Source of the DNA: Nageia nagi
Lineage: Eukaryota; Plantae; Pinophyta
NCBI GenBank assembly: GCA_050084985.1
Contig: JBITNC010000001.1
Location: 98,766,001 to 98,830,000, forward strand
Direction of reading: 5' to 3'
DNA length: 64,000 nucleotides
Below are positions 37,593 to 50,000 of the stretch, in pieces. Position 1 is the first letter of the stretch. Each line of letters begins with the position of its first letter. The translations under genes and the position numbers were made by a program. The notes under the pieces were generated by a model. The model had not been told where the DNA came from, made no database searches, and worked only from the letters and a program-made list of their open reading frames with translations.

Positions 37593-37640
<48 letters not shown>
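37591..37640. repeat. (CT)n microsatellite
   Basis: Visible CT run just downstream of the exon donor; another CT/CCCT run lies at 38066-38113. Confidence 0.95.
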
Positions 37641-37643
<3 letters not shown>

Positions 37644-38947
37644 GTGTCTACCTATGATCTGGTGTACCCTCTTGGCACTCACCAACCATGTTAGGAGAGG
37701 CTCTAGGATTACCCTACTTCCTTCAGTAATCACCCAGTTGGTGCCCTTTAACACTGGGCATTACCTAATAAATATTATCTGATCTTATATCAGCATCTTT
37801 CATGTGGTTGTGGATGATGCCGTTTGTATTTGGCCCTCTGTGACTTCAACTACATGAAAGTACATCTTTATGTCCTTAGCTTTAATCTACAAGTCTTCAT
37901 TGGCTCTTGGGCTAGGTGATTTATGGGTTTACATGATTTTAATATTGGTCTTACTTTTATCTTTTAAGAGCTAGAGTTGTTTTATGGTTTACCTTAATAC
38001 CTTCTGTGATAGCAGAATGTACATTTGAATTCCATGAGCTTGCTTTGGTTATTTCTTGAAAATAATCTCTCTCTCTCTCTCTCCCTCCCTCCCTCCCTCG
38101 CTCTCTCTCTCTCTACACAATAATACTGGTGGACTGAAAATACTGGTAGGTTCATAGCACTTCCACACCCAAGTTTTCATTAACTTACACCCATAGCTCT
38201 ATTAGTGGGAGAGGTCATTCTTCCAATAGAGTTGCAATACATACATACATTCCATATTAAGAATAGAAAAGATCCTTCTTCCATAGATGAATACTCTTAT
38301 TTATGACAAGAGGGAGGTTGTTTGCTCTACAAGCTGCATATGATGTCTAAATACATTGAACCTAATCCTCTCATCATGACCATGGAACTTCATTTCTTAA
38401 TAATATAAGCTTTAAAGTTAATGTGAATACCACAGCTAAAGAAAAGATATAGACCAAAACTTGGCATGCTATCTGTTATGCCTAGTAACACAATATATTC
38501 TCCCCTTTCAACCCTTTGTTTCCAAAGCTAGTAATACTCTATAGTTAAGTGTGCTATAGTCGTACTAGCAGGGGTGACCACCTTGGAATGTCCAAATATG
38601 TTCATTATTTTGGGTTTGGATATGCCTTCATGATCATTTCAAAACTAATAACCACCATAACCATTAAGGCAAAATGCTTCACACTAAAATATGAGAGAGA
38701 AGTTTTTTTTGTTAGAAGTCCATTGGCTCCCTTGGGATTCATGCCTCTGCATCCTTGTGCAAGCCATACCAAGGTTCTCCTACAACCCTTTCTCTTGATG
38801 ATTCTTTTCATTTGATTTTTGTTTGCCTTCCTCTTCATTAATTTGTTCTGCAACCTCCAAATTAGCCATATTACATGAAGTCCACACATTAATGATGCAT
38901 AGCCAAAGCGTATACATGTTTTAACATTTAGTCTTGCCTCCTTTGGA

Positions 38948-39092
38948 GCAAGTGTTTTTTCTTCTTCCTTCACATGCACCTTGCTACATATGATAGAACT
39001 ACCATTGTTGTTTTTGTTGGGCAAGTGTTTTTTCTTCTTCCTTCACATGCACCTTGGTACATATGATAGAACTACCATTGTTATTTTTGTTG
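38948..39092. repeat. 73-bp tandem duplication
   Basis: GCAAGTGTTTTTTCTTCTTCCTTCACATGCACCTTG...TTTTTGTTG occurs twice, nearly identical. Confidence 0.9.
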
Positions 39093-40326
39093 TATTTAAT
39101 ACTTCCAACCGCCACTACAGCTGCTGATATCAGTGGTTGTGTGCCTTCATGTGCAGGGGAGATTGCATCATCTCATATAATATCTGTGAACCCTTCAGCC
39201 TCGTTTGGATCCTTATCCCTCACCACTTGCAGCAAATCATTAACTTGAACATCATGCATTCTGACTTCCGAACCCTTCTGTAGTAGGGATCGAAACTCAG
39301 TTATAATTTGTTTCTTTGATTTTCTGAGAGCTTCTTTAAGTCCTCGATTACATTTTTAAAACTTCATTTCTTTCTTGCCATTTTTTTTCATGAAATTCTA
39401 GTTGCACGACAAATGGGAACTGTCAATGCTTTTACTTTTTTTGAAGCCCTAACCCTTACTGCACATCAAAGTGCATCAAGAGAATTTGATACAACTTGTA
39501 TTGTTTAAAGAACAAATTGATACCCTACGATTGAAAAAATATGAAAGTAATAAATATGCATTAGGGAAGTCAAATGGATATCACCTTCACGCCCAAAGTT
39601 TAGACTGCACTTACACTTGGGACAGCACACATGAGAGTGATAATTCTTCCAATATATTTGCTATAATAGCTTACATTTGTATTGGTAATGGTTCTTATAT
39701 AGATGCCTACTTTTGTAGATAATGAAATGTTGGTTGCTCCACAAGTCAGATAAGATTTCTAGATACACCATATATTCTCTCATCATGACCATCGCACTCC
39801 ACAAGCTACATAAGATGTCTAGATACACCTTATATCCTCTCATCATGGCCATCATACTTCATTTTCTAAAAATACAAGACTAGAAGTAATGCTTACAAAA
39901 ACAATCTAAAACATAACAATTGTTATATGTTGTGTCTTGGAACACAACAGAGTCCATTTTTCCGTTTACATACAAAGAAGTGGCCATCTTAATTATTTGG
40001 ATTTAATCTTTGTGTAAGGATTATCTTCTTTTTATCTAAATAGTATCAGTTAGACGCTTGAATCAAATCCATGTACTATAAAGGACCCAATTATTTGTTC
40101 TTGAAAATTAAAGGCTTAGAATTGTTGTGTTTTAAACTTTGGCAACTTATGAATGTTAATATTTGATGCATCTGTTACCAAGATATGAAGTGAACTATTA
40201 TGTATCTGAAATAGTCAAGGCTTACTTTCTTTTCCATTTATCTACCTCAATACCCAATTAATGCATGTCTTCTCCATTGACACTATATTTAATAATATGA
40301 AAATGATCATTAATCATATTTTACAG

Positions 40327-40451
40327 GTTAAGATAGATTACTGGGGAGAAGGTAGAAATGTGGAGGTGACAGGCAGCTTCAATGGTTGGCAGCATCACAT
40401 TTGTTTGAAACCAGATCCGACATCTGAAATTCAAAATTCCAAAGGAGCGAG
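40327..40451 (+). CDS. PTST3: PTST3-like exon, CBM48 N-part (VKIDYWGEGRNVEVTGSFNGWQHHICLKPDPTSEIQNSKGAR)
   Basis: TTACAG/GTTTGA boundaries; VEVTGSFNGW is the CBM48 (AMPK-beta-type glycogen-binding) signature; ends in phase 2. Confidence 0.95.
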
Positions 40452-42159
40452 GTTTGAGCATTTTATTATGCCATTTATGTGCATATTAGAAGTGTTAAGA
40501 AGCAACAGGTTTAATGTTTTATGATCACACACTACGTAGTACATATCTTTATAGTTGACAACAAGATAGTCACATTTGGACAATGCATGGCGACATAAGC
40601 ACAAGACATAAGCTCCAATTATAGATGCTCAATATGAAAAATTATGATGTCTAATGCATTTGTTTTTGATGGAGATATGCATGGGAGTAGCAGGGCATCC
40701 ATCTTCTTCATTTAAGTTTAGTCTTTTCCACTTAGATTTTTGACCTTAACTCCCATGCCTCTTTAACTTCATGATTGACTTGAAGTTTTGACTCTATTCA
40801 TTCTGAGCACTGTACTACTTTAATGATGATCCAATTGAAGTCTTGGGCACCATACTACTCTAATGGGTGTTCGTTTTCTTCGTTAAAGTTTAGTGTTTTC
40901 CGATTAAATTTTTTATCTTAAATTCCATGCCTCTTAACTTTATGATTCACAAGTAGTTTTGACTCTATTCATTCTGGGCGTCACACTACTTCTTTAATGT
41001 TATTCTGATTGAAGTCCTGGGCACTATACTTCGTTAAGCAATTCTGACTGAAGTTATCCTCAGCCATATTGATAATTAGAACAGAGAAAAACATCCAAGT
41101 AGTTAGAATTTGTGGGTTTTCTTCCTTGTTGGATGTGGCTCTTCTAAAACTAATTTGTGGCGATCTTAATTCTTATTTGTGAGTCTTATTTGCCTTCATT
41201 TTTGCGGCTATTGTGTTGCTGATTCTATCTTGCAAATGCCAAGATGTCCTGTTTGTCAGCATTTGCTATAAAAATGTGTCTTTTTTACCAGAGGTTTGTT
41301 AGCTCTATTACTGATTCTGGCACAAGCCTGTTGCTAATTTTTTGGAGTTTGTGTTGTGCCCACACAACACACCCCAAGATGCAACATCTTGGAGACCTTA
41401 TTTTTGCAAAAAATGCAATGAGTGACATTGCCTGAGAATAACTAGAATACGGCCAAGATGAAAAATCAAAGTGGTTGAGTGATCAAGCAGTTCATGAAAA
41501 TGCCCAGAGACATCAAGACAGTTCAGCGATCTGGTGGCCAGTTTAGGGCCCGGTTTCAAAAGACATCTTGTAGGATGCAGTTTTGGGTCATGACAACGAT
41601 TGGGAAGGGAGTTTTTCAGGAAGTGGTTGACACCATGAAAAAGACGTGTTTTTTGCAGAGTTTGAGCTCAAGGTGCCAAGTGTGACAAAAAAGCATGTTT
41701 TAGTCAAAATTGAGCCCAGAAATGGTTAGTCCAAAAAAGCATGTTTTAGTCCAAAAAGCTTGGAAATGACCAAAAGTGATGAGTTGAGCCCCAAAATGGC
41801 CAGAAATGCTCAAAAATGCCGGAAAAGGTCATTTTTCCACACTTAGGGCTCAGAAATGCCGAAAATGGGCGAATTGAATAGTTAAGCTTGAAAATGCCGA
41901 AAATGCCGAAAATGGGTGGAATTGAATACGTTAAGACCGAAAATGCCAAATGATGTTAAATGACAACTTTGAGCCCAAAAAGGCGAAAATAGTCGTTTTT
42001 GCACTATTTGAGCTCGAAAATCATTGAAAATGTATAGTTTGAGCTTGAAGTTGCTGGAAAGGACATTTTGATTGAGTTTGAGCTCAAAAACGCCAGGAGT
42101 GGCTAGAAATGCATGGATTGAGTCCGAAATGGATCGAAAGTGCAAGTTTGATTACCCTT

Positions 42160-43500
42160 AGCCCAGGCACAATTTTGCAAGGTGTTGAAGACCCAAGTAA
42201 GGGAAAATGGTGCGGTGCATGTTTCTCATAGATAAATACAAATGGTATCGGAATTCGAGTCTAAGAGAGTATCAAGAGAGATAAGGTGAATTCTATCACA
42301 ATTAGGACTCAAAATTTTAGATTTTGAACAAGTCTAAGGCACTCAAAGGCTAGGCAATTTTCAAGCCTATGGGAAATCCATAGAAGTGCATTTTGGCGCC
42401 TAGAAAATGGAGAAAAAACAAAAATTCATCAAAAATGGAATCTAAATGCATGAATGAGTGGAAATGATGGTTTTAAGCCACATTAGGTCTCGAAATTTTT
42501 GGTTTTGAGCAAGTAAAGACCCCCAAAATGTTAGGCACAAGTTTCTAGATTTTTTTCAAATCTATTGGCATGAAAAATGGCCCTAGAATGACAAGATGGA
42601 ATGTTTTTTGACCAAAATTGAAGTTTAAGTGCTTGAGATCAAGGAAAACATGATTGCAAACACATTTAGGTCTCAAATTTTTTGATTTTGAGCACCCTAA
42701 CGGGCAGATTTCTAAGGCTATGGAAATCCAATGGGATGAAATCTAGCGCCTAGAATCATGAAATTTGATAAAGTTTGGTCAAAACTCAAGTTTGAGGGGT
42801 CTATTGGGTGAAAAATGTGATTTCTAACACATTTAGGTCTTGAAAATTTGAAATTGAGCAAGTTTTGGCCCTCCAAATGCTAGGTGCAGGTTTGTTAATG
42901 TTTTCAAATCCATAGGAGTGATTTCTAGCACCTAACTTGGAGGGATAAGTGAAAAATGCTAACTTGGAGGGATAAGTGAAAAATGCATTGAAAATTGATC
43001 CCAAGCTGTCAATTGTATGGAAAACCTCATTTTGAGCAAATTTAAAATTAAAAAATTTCAAATTTGGGCAATGAAAAGGCACCTAAAAGGCAGGCGCAAT
43101 TTGAAATCTAGCTCCTAGGAATAAGAATTTTCAAAATTTTGCCTCAAAATCCAAGTTTCAAGGGTCAATTGCATGGTAAACATGAAAATAAAGACATTTA
43201 AACTTGCATTTTTTCAATTTTGAGCAAGGGAAGGGACCCAAAATCCTAGGTGCAGGTTTGCTGATTTTTCCAAATCCAATGGAGTGAAAATCAACGCCTA
43301 GCATGAAGAGAAGTCAAACATTTTGCAAAAAATAAATTTTTCATATGGTTGCATGGAAAAGGGGATTCTAAGCATGTTTAATCAGCAAATTTTCGAATTT
43401 GGCCACTAGAAATGCCCCAAAAGGTCACACGCAGGTTTGGAAGCCATTGGAGAATGCAAAAAAATGAAAAATGGTGCTTAGATTTAAAGGAAAAGCTCAA
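42160..43500. repeat. ~180-bp tandem array in LTR U3
   Basis: About seven units, each with a TAGG(C/T)GCA ... GCGCCTAG-like inverted pair and ATTTAGGTCTC.AAATTTT. Confidence 0.8.
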
Positions 43501-44454
43501 AAAACCCATCAAAACTCTAATTTAAACTTTGAATTTGTCAATTTTGACCAAAGGAAGTGCCTCCTAAAGCTAAGGGCTGATTTTCAAGTCTATGGAGTGT
43601 TTGAAGGCTTCAAAACCTTGAGAAACATGCAAAATGCACTCCTATAGGACTTTTTAGGTCAAAAAACACACTAAGGAGCATGCAAAAGGTCCAAAAATCT
43701 ATAAATACCACCATAAGCCTTTCATTTGCTCCACAACACTCTCCTTGAGCCTCCATGCATCCATTTTTGAGCAAAATCCTCACAAAACCTCATGCACCTG
43801 TTCAAAAACTTAAAATTTGACTCCAAGATACAAAAAAGCTCAAAATTATCTCAAATTTTCTCAAGAACCTTATAATCTCACCCTCCATCCATCCATAAGG
43901 TCAAATCCACTTTTTAAATTTTTTTCCAAATTTCGAACCCCCCCATCTTTTGGCCATTTTCACCATTTCAAAAATGTGAAAAAACACAAAAAACACTTTT
44001 TCAGGCTCAAAAACTCCCAAATTTTGAGTGATCCAAATTTTGAAGTGAATACCAAAGTAATAGACCTCATATAGGAGAGCAGCCTCCATCATTCACTTCC
44101 CTCGAGCGAAGTTTGAAAACCCACTTTGCATCCCCATCTTTCAAGCTTCGAAGCTGCTTTCAAAACTTGTCAAAAAAATGAATACATGGGCCAAAAAAAC
44201 AACGAATTAATTCGTAGCCCGAAAACTTGATATTTTTCTTCGAGACTTGGTCACAAGTTCCTAGATTTATTTGCCAACATCCCATGTACTCGTTTCCCAA
44301 TTTCGAAGAACTTGAAAAATCCCAAAAATCCACACATCCTCTCAAAAACCCAAAAATAGGCCGAAAATTGAATATCCCATTTTTGCTCCAAAATTGCTCT
44401 AGATACACCCAGTATTTCTCCTAACAACTTTTTTTGGTCCACAAGCTTCATAGA

Positions 44455-45142
44455 ATGAGCATTGCTAAGAGGAACAAGGAACTCTAGATGGAGAGACTCA
44501 TGAAGACTAGTGTGATCACCTTGTTGAAAAGAGGAAAGGCTGCCTTCCCTACAACTGTGATAGTAGATGGCCTTAGTCAGATTAGAGATACAGATTGGGC
44601 ACACAATGACCTAGTCAAGACATTAGAGAAGATGGCTCAGATCCCACCTAGACAATTGCTCAACGACATTCTCACTTAGTCCAAAGTCATTGAGGCCTCC
44701 ATGATCTCGTACACCGCTCCATTCACAGAGCTCTACCTTGAGGTAGCCAAATACTGCAACACAAAGGAGAAATTCAGAGAACCCTCTATGATATTGATGC
44801 CACCCAAATAATAGACTTCATAATGGAGGGAATAGAGAACACGTTTGCATGGAGCAACGAGGGCATCATATTCACCATGACAGACTTCGTCAAATTCTTC
44901 AAAAGCATGACAAAGCCAGGAATCTAATCAGAGACTGGTTGGTTGATGAATGCAAAGATTTTAAGGCAAAGGCCTTAAGCCAACCAAAGAGAACATATTT
45001 CTATCTTACAATCTCTACCATTATTAGCATGCTGTGTCAAATAACAGGGCAAGAGAATGATCAAGGATTCCGAAAGGAGTTTGTCAACTTCATACGTCAT
45101 ATTAGCAGAGGCAAGAGAAATCTTCGTGGGCACCAACTTTGA
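44455..45142 (+). pseudogene. N-terminal part of the LTR-encoded accessory ORF
   Basis: IVDGLSQIRDTD / SKVIEASMISYTAPFTELYLEVAKYCNT / IIDFIMEGIENTFAWS align with IIDQLRKIGYTD / SLLVIASMVPFATPFPELCYELGKHCDT / IMDFSEKGIERAFAWT (6375-6752). Confidence 0.8.
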
Positions 45143-47195
45143 GGAAGGCATCCATGTGCAAACCTCAAGTCAACCACCATAATTTTTGTCACCTTCGAAA
45201 ATTTGTAAATCAGTTAGCCGGGAAAGTTGACCACCAAAACTCGACTAACCCAGCTCTCATGATCAGTCGGCCTAACGAGTAGAGCACCAAAAGTCAGCTA
45301 ACTTAGTCGTAGGAGGCAAATATGTAATATTTTAATATTTTTTATTGAATTAGGGCAACACTTGGGAACCCTACAAATTCTATGAATAGACCCTATGGGG
45401 TCACTTTTAGGAAGAATGAAAGTTTGAAACTTTTCATAGAATGAAAATTTGGAGAAAAAGTTCAAATTTTTTTGTAAATGAAGAAAATTGTGGAAAGTTT
45501 TCTGTAACTCTTTTACATGCTAATATAAAGTGGTGACTTAATTTCTCAAGCGATTTGTCATATGTGAAGTGGTGAATGGGATTCATTTTGTGGCTTTCTT
45601 TCATGATTCAAATATTTTCGTTTCTTTCCTTGAAAACTTGAGAGTTTTAGGAAAAAATAGTTGTTCAAATTTTTAAAAATATTTTGAATTGCTTTAAGTT
45701 TCTCACATTTTGCCTTTTGCACTTTTAAACAAATGTATTATGAAACTTTTTCTTTTCTACATCCTATTTGAATCTCTCATTCAAACCTGGTTCCGAAGCG
45801 CGCGTTCCACGCTAAGTTTCTTTGATTGCATCAATCCCGTTCGTGGAGTACTGACAATCAGTTTCACCTTGTGCTCTAGATTCAAAGCTGATTGGACAAT
45901 AGTCATTCACTTTGAACTAGATTGAATGGATGAGAACTTCATGATTGATTAGAAAACGTCTTATTTTAGGCAATGCTTTGTTGTGACAGTTGCCTTGTGA
46001 TCTAACCTTATTGGATCATTTTCTCCTTTTTCTTTGTTTTTATTTGCTTATTTTTATCTTTCCTACATTCTTTTTTTTACACAACCAAAACAACTTTCAA
46101 TCATCGCAAAAACACCTTGTCCTTAAAAAAAACATGAGTCAACAACCTCTACCTCTATCAAATCAGTTGAGTTCATTCCCTTAGATCATATAAAATTGTG
46201 CTACTTCAACGGGAACACAAACAAACCTTAGGGTTTCAGTCCTTTCAAGAGGAGGTAAGTTACGCTATCTCATTTAAACGCTAGGTGCTTTTTCCGTCTC
46301 GATTGTGTGCAAGCGATTATAGGCAGGTAGGAAAGGTTTCCATCCCAACAGTTTGTTTCTGGTTCTTTTTTGGCACCTGCTTTTGTTATTCTGGCAAATA
46401 TGTGTGACTCATTTTGTTGCCTTTTTTGGTTCTTTTCCAATGTTTGCTTTTGGTTATTCTAGTGCATGTTTGTGAATCATTCTAGCGCCGTTTTTGGTTC
46501 TTCGTAGAGTAAGTTTCTGATTCATTCCAATGTGAGTTTTTGGTTTACTTTGTGGCTTCTATTTGATGTGGGAGGCTCATGGTGTTGATATGAAGAATGC
46601 TCTTCTCAATGCATAAGAACCCATAATATATAAGAATAATGTCTTTTAGTTGCCATTTTTGTTTGGCTGGGAACATCTCATTGAGTGTATCTTCTTAGTT
46701 TGCAATTCCACATTTAGTTTTGTTGGGAAGGAAATCTTTCTTCTTACTCGGCGATCGCCTAGACGATCAAGACGGGAAAGCAACCCAATATTTAGGTGAG
46801 ATTAGTGTAACTTACCTCCTCTTGAAAGGACTGAAACCCCAAGGTTTTTTCTTGTTCCCGGTTAAAGTAGCACAATTTTGTATTTGGTTCTTGGGAATCA
46901 ACTCAACTGGTTTGAGAGAGGTAGTAGTTGTTAACTCACATTTTTTTAGGGATTGAGGTGTTTGTGCGATAATCGAAAGTAGTGTTTTTGTAAAAAAAAG
47001 AAAGCAAGAAAGAGAAAATAAGCAAATAAAAGAGAATGATTTGGTCTAATACTAGTTAGATCACAACACGATAGTCACAACAAAGCATTGTCTAAAGTGA
47101 TTCTTTTCCGAATCAATCAAGAAGTCTCCATTCAATCAATCTAGTTCAAAGTAAATGATTGTTGTCCAATTATCTTTGCATCTAGAGCACAAGGC

Positions 47196-48616
47196 TGTGA
47201 TGATCTAAAATCACCCTCAGCAAAATAAACCAAGCTAGGGCTTCTATAACCCTCAAGCACCCAACAATTGCCCTTTAAGGCATACAAACACCTCAATGCA
47301 CCAACGTGGGCCTCCTAGGTCTTCCTCACTACACACCACACCAAACAATGATCCCACAAAGTTGACGTCAGCCCTTAGGGCTTCTCCAGCATTAAGCTAA
47401 CCACATGAATGCAACACAACAACAATGGACAACACAAAAATACCCACGATGGGCCCACACCACAATATTGAGCTAGAACAAGCTTCCAACACTAGTGTAT
47501 CACAACGCATGCATACAAAGGGAACAACACAATGATGAGAGAGACATAAGCTGTATTATATCATGGAATAACAATGGAGTATAATGAGGTTCACAAAATC
47601 CAGATCTAGGGTTCGAAACCCTTGTACAAGCCAAACACCACAGGAAAGACTAACTCCCTCAAACTCCGAATCCTCGTCTGTGAAGGAGCCTCCTCGAATC
47701 CTAGCAACCACTGAAGGTAGAAGCTCGCCCTCAGAATACCACCGGATGGACTACCGGATGGACTAGGTGACCCACCTAAGTTGTAGAATGCCAGGCTTCC
47801 AACCTTATCACTCTAGATGCCAACTAGGAATAATGCTCAGCACTGCCAAGACTTGTATGCTCGATCTGTTTCAGCATAGAAGAAGTATAATCAATAGCTA
47901 ATCTTATCATGGAGCACCGTCCTCAATATATAGTCTCTCTTAGATCTCACCTAGGAATCATGCACATGCCTCTCTATTCCAGTGTTGCCTTGGGATACCC
48001 GTAATCACAAGATCCAATGGCTAGATATGCAACGCCTTGGAATCATGCATTATAGCTTAGACAAATGGTCCCATTACTATTGCTACATGGATTGAATACA
48101 CATCACAACATACTCACATCCCAAGGAGTGGGACATCACATTTCAAGGGGTCAATATAGAGCTGTTCATAGATTTCCGTGGGCAGCCACAAAGTGGGAGA
48201 CTGGTTCGGATGGCGAACTTCAAGAGCCCATAACTCCTTTGTCTCTTGATGAAACCATGCCATGTGATCTGTCAAAACGTTTCCCATGAGATGCCCTATC
48301 CAAAGAACCAAACATATCAACTCACCAAGACCTGTGGCGAACTCTACCTTTTGAAAGGGGATGTTACAGGGATTCCCACAATCCGAGATTACCCATACAC
48401 ACAACATTACAATGGGATTCCCACAATTCGGGACTACTCATACACATAACACAACATCACTACTCAAGGGGAGACGTCCCATTTCTGGGCTCACAGTGGG
48501 GTCCACAGACCATAGGCTCTTGCTTGAGTTACACATGTACAACAAAACCATAAACAAACACTAGATTACAAAGTGACCATGACACATTTTGTCAATGGTC
48601 CAAATGGGATGTCACA
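47196..48616 (-). mobile_element. Solo LTR (1421 bp) nested in a Tat LTR
   Basis: TGTGA...TCACA termini, TSD AAGGC/AAGGT; same family as 12369-13633 (GTGGACCC.ACTGTGAGCCC...TGGGA.GTCTCCC). Confidence 0.9.
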
Positions 48617-49332
48617 AAGGTAAGGCTGATTGTCGGTTTTCCGCGAACTGGACCAATGTAATCAAAGGAGCTTAGCATGGAATACTTTTGGGAACTAGGT
48701 TTGAATGAGAAATTTAAAATTAGATGGCATAGAAAAGAAATAGTTTTAGAATACATTTGTTTCATATGCAAGAGGTAAACAAGTAGCAAACTAGAAGCAA
48801 TTTGAAGTGTTTTTGAAGATTTGAACGATAATTTTCTCCTAAAACTTGAAAGTTTTCAAGGGAAGAAATTAACACACTCAAACTATAAAAAAGAGCCACA
48901 AAAGATGCAATCCACCACTCCACAAATGACAAATTTGCTTGAGTAAATATGTTACCACTTTGTATTAGCTTGTAAAAGAGTTACAAAAAAATTTCAAAAA
49001 TTTTCTTTCTTTACAAAAAAATTTGGGTTTTTCTCCAAATTTTCATTCTACATAAAAGAGGACCCCTATGGTCTATTTATAGAATTTTTAGGGTTTCCAA
49101 GTGTTGCCCTAATCCTAAGAAAAATACATTAATATTACAATTTGCCAGTACAACTAAGTCAATTGACTTTTGATGCTCTATTTGCCAGGTTGACTGATCA
49201 TGAGAGCAGGGTTAGTCGAGTTTTGGTGCTCAACTGTCCCAGCGGACTAATCACAAAATTTACAAAATTTTGGAAAATGACTACATTCACGGTGGCTGAT
49301 TTGTAGATTGCAAGTGTGATGCAATGACTTCC

Positions 49333-49811
49333 TCAAAGTTGGCGCCTATGAAGATTTCTTTGTTCTTGATCCCTGTGTTGAGAACTTCCATCGTCCCTTT
49401 GTTCGCCAACAAGTACGTGGTAAATGGTCTTTGATGTTTTCTTCATCTGATTGCACCATACCGTAATCTCACCACCATACTTGATTTGCTTTCCAGTTTT
49501 GAGGCTATTGATATCTTTGGTCTCAGGAAGTTTTTTAATCAAAGATTGGACGTCGTTCATCATTGAACCATACCCCTATTATGCCCATCTTACTTGATCA
49601 ATTTTACATCAAACTGGTATTCTTCTAGCTGCCTTTTCAAGTCGGCTTTAAATTTTGTCCGGACTTGAATGAAATCCTGACACTTGGTCATAGCATCGAA
49701 CAAGCAATCATATTGATAGAAGAATTGGTGGTAGTATTCAAGTAGAATTGGCCTGCCAGAAGTCTTTCTTCTCAAATCATGCATCACCAGATAACTTTTC
49801 TCATCTCTCAA
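49333..49811 (-). pseudogene. C-terminal domain of the LTR-encoded accessory ORF
   Basis: MHDLRRKTSGRPILLEYYHQFFYQYDCLF...EYQFDVKL...DINSLKTGKQIKYG aligns with MFDVWRRTTHHPFVLDFCIDWFHLYDYLF...EYEFQVPL...DPHSLKIGRQMKGG. Confidence 0.8.
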
Positions 49812-50000
49812 GACTTGTGGACTCGTGTCCCAGGGTTATATAGAAGTAGATGTAGCAACATTTGCACTACTCACAACAAATGAGAAAAAGGAGCTTTTGG
49901 ACACCCGAAAGAAGGATGCCAAAGCTTTGTTTGCACTACAAAGTCGAATAGATGTTTCAATCTTCCCCAAGATAGCTGAGTGCATAGTTTCAAAGGATGT
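49806..50000 (+). mobile_element. Ty1/copia gag fragment
   Basis: SQDLWTRVSQGY...RKKDAKALFALQSRIDVSIFPKIAECIVSKD fits the copia gag N-terminal (UBN2-type) pattern. Confidence 0.8.

Larger units (their letters stand above)
41352..46350 (+). mobile_element. Tat-family solo LTR, 4999 bp
   Basis: TGTTG...CAACA termini with a perfect 5-bp TSD GTTTG (41347-41351, 46351-46355). No gag/pol inside. Both ends are homologous to LTRs flanking Tat internal domains elsewhere in the window. Confidence 0.93.
46721..49811 (-). mobile_element. 3' half of a Tat-family LTR (ORF C-terminus, TATA, U5), with a nested solo LTR
   Basis: Minus-strand end GAAAGATTTCCTTCCCAACA at 46721; inverted homolog of 45160-46350; CTATAAATAGACC at 49082-49070. 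Confidence 0.85.

Noticed and set aside
46570-46612. Copia RT-like DMKNALLN motif
   Set aside because: Too short to support as a feature.
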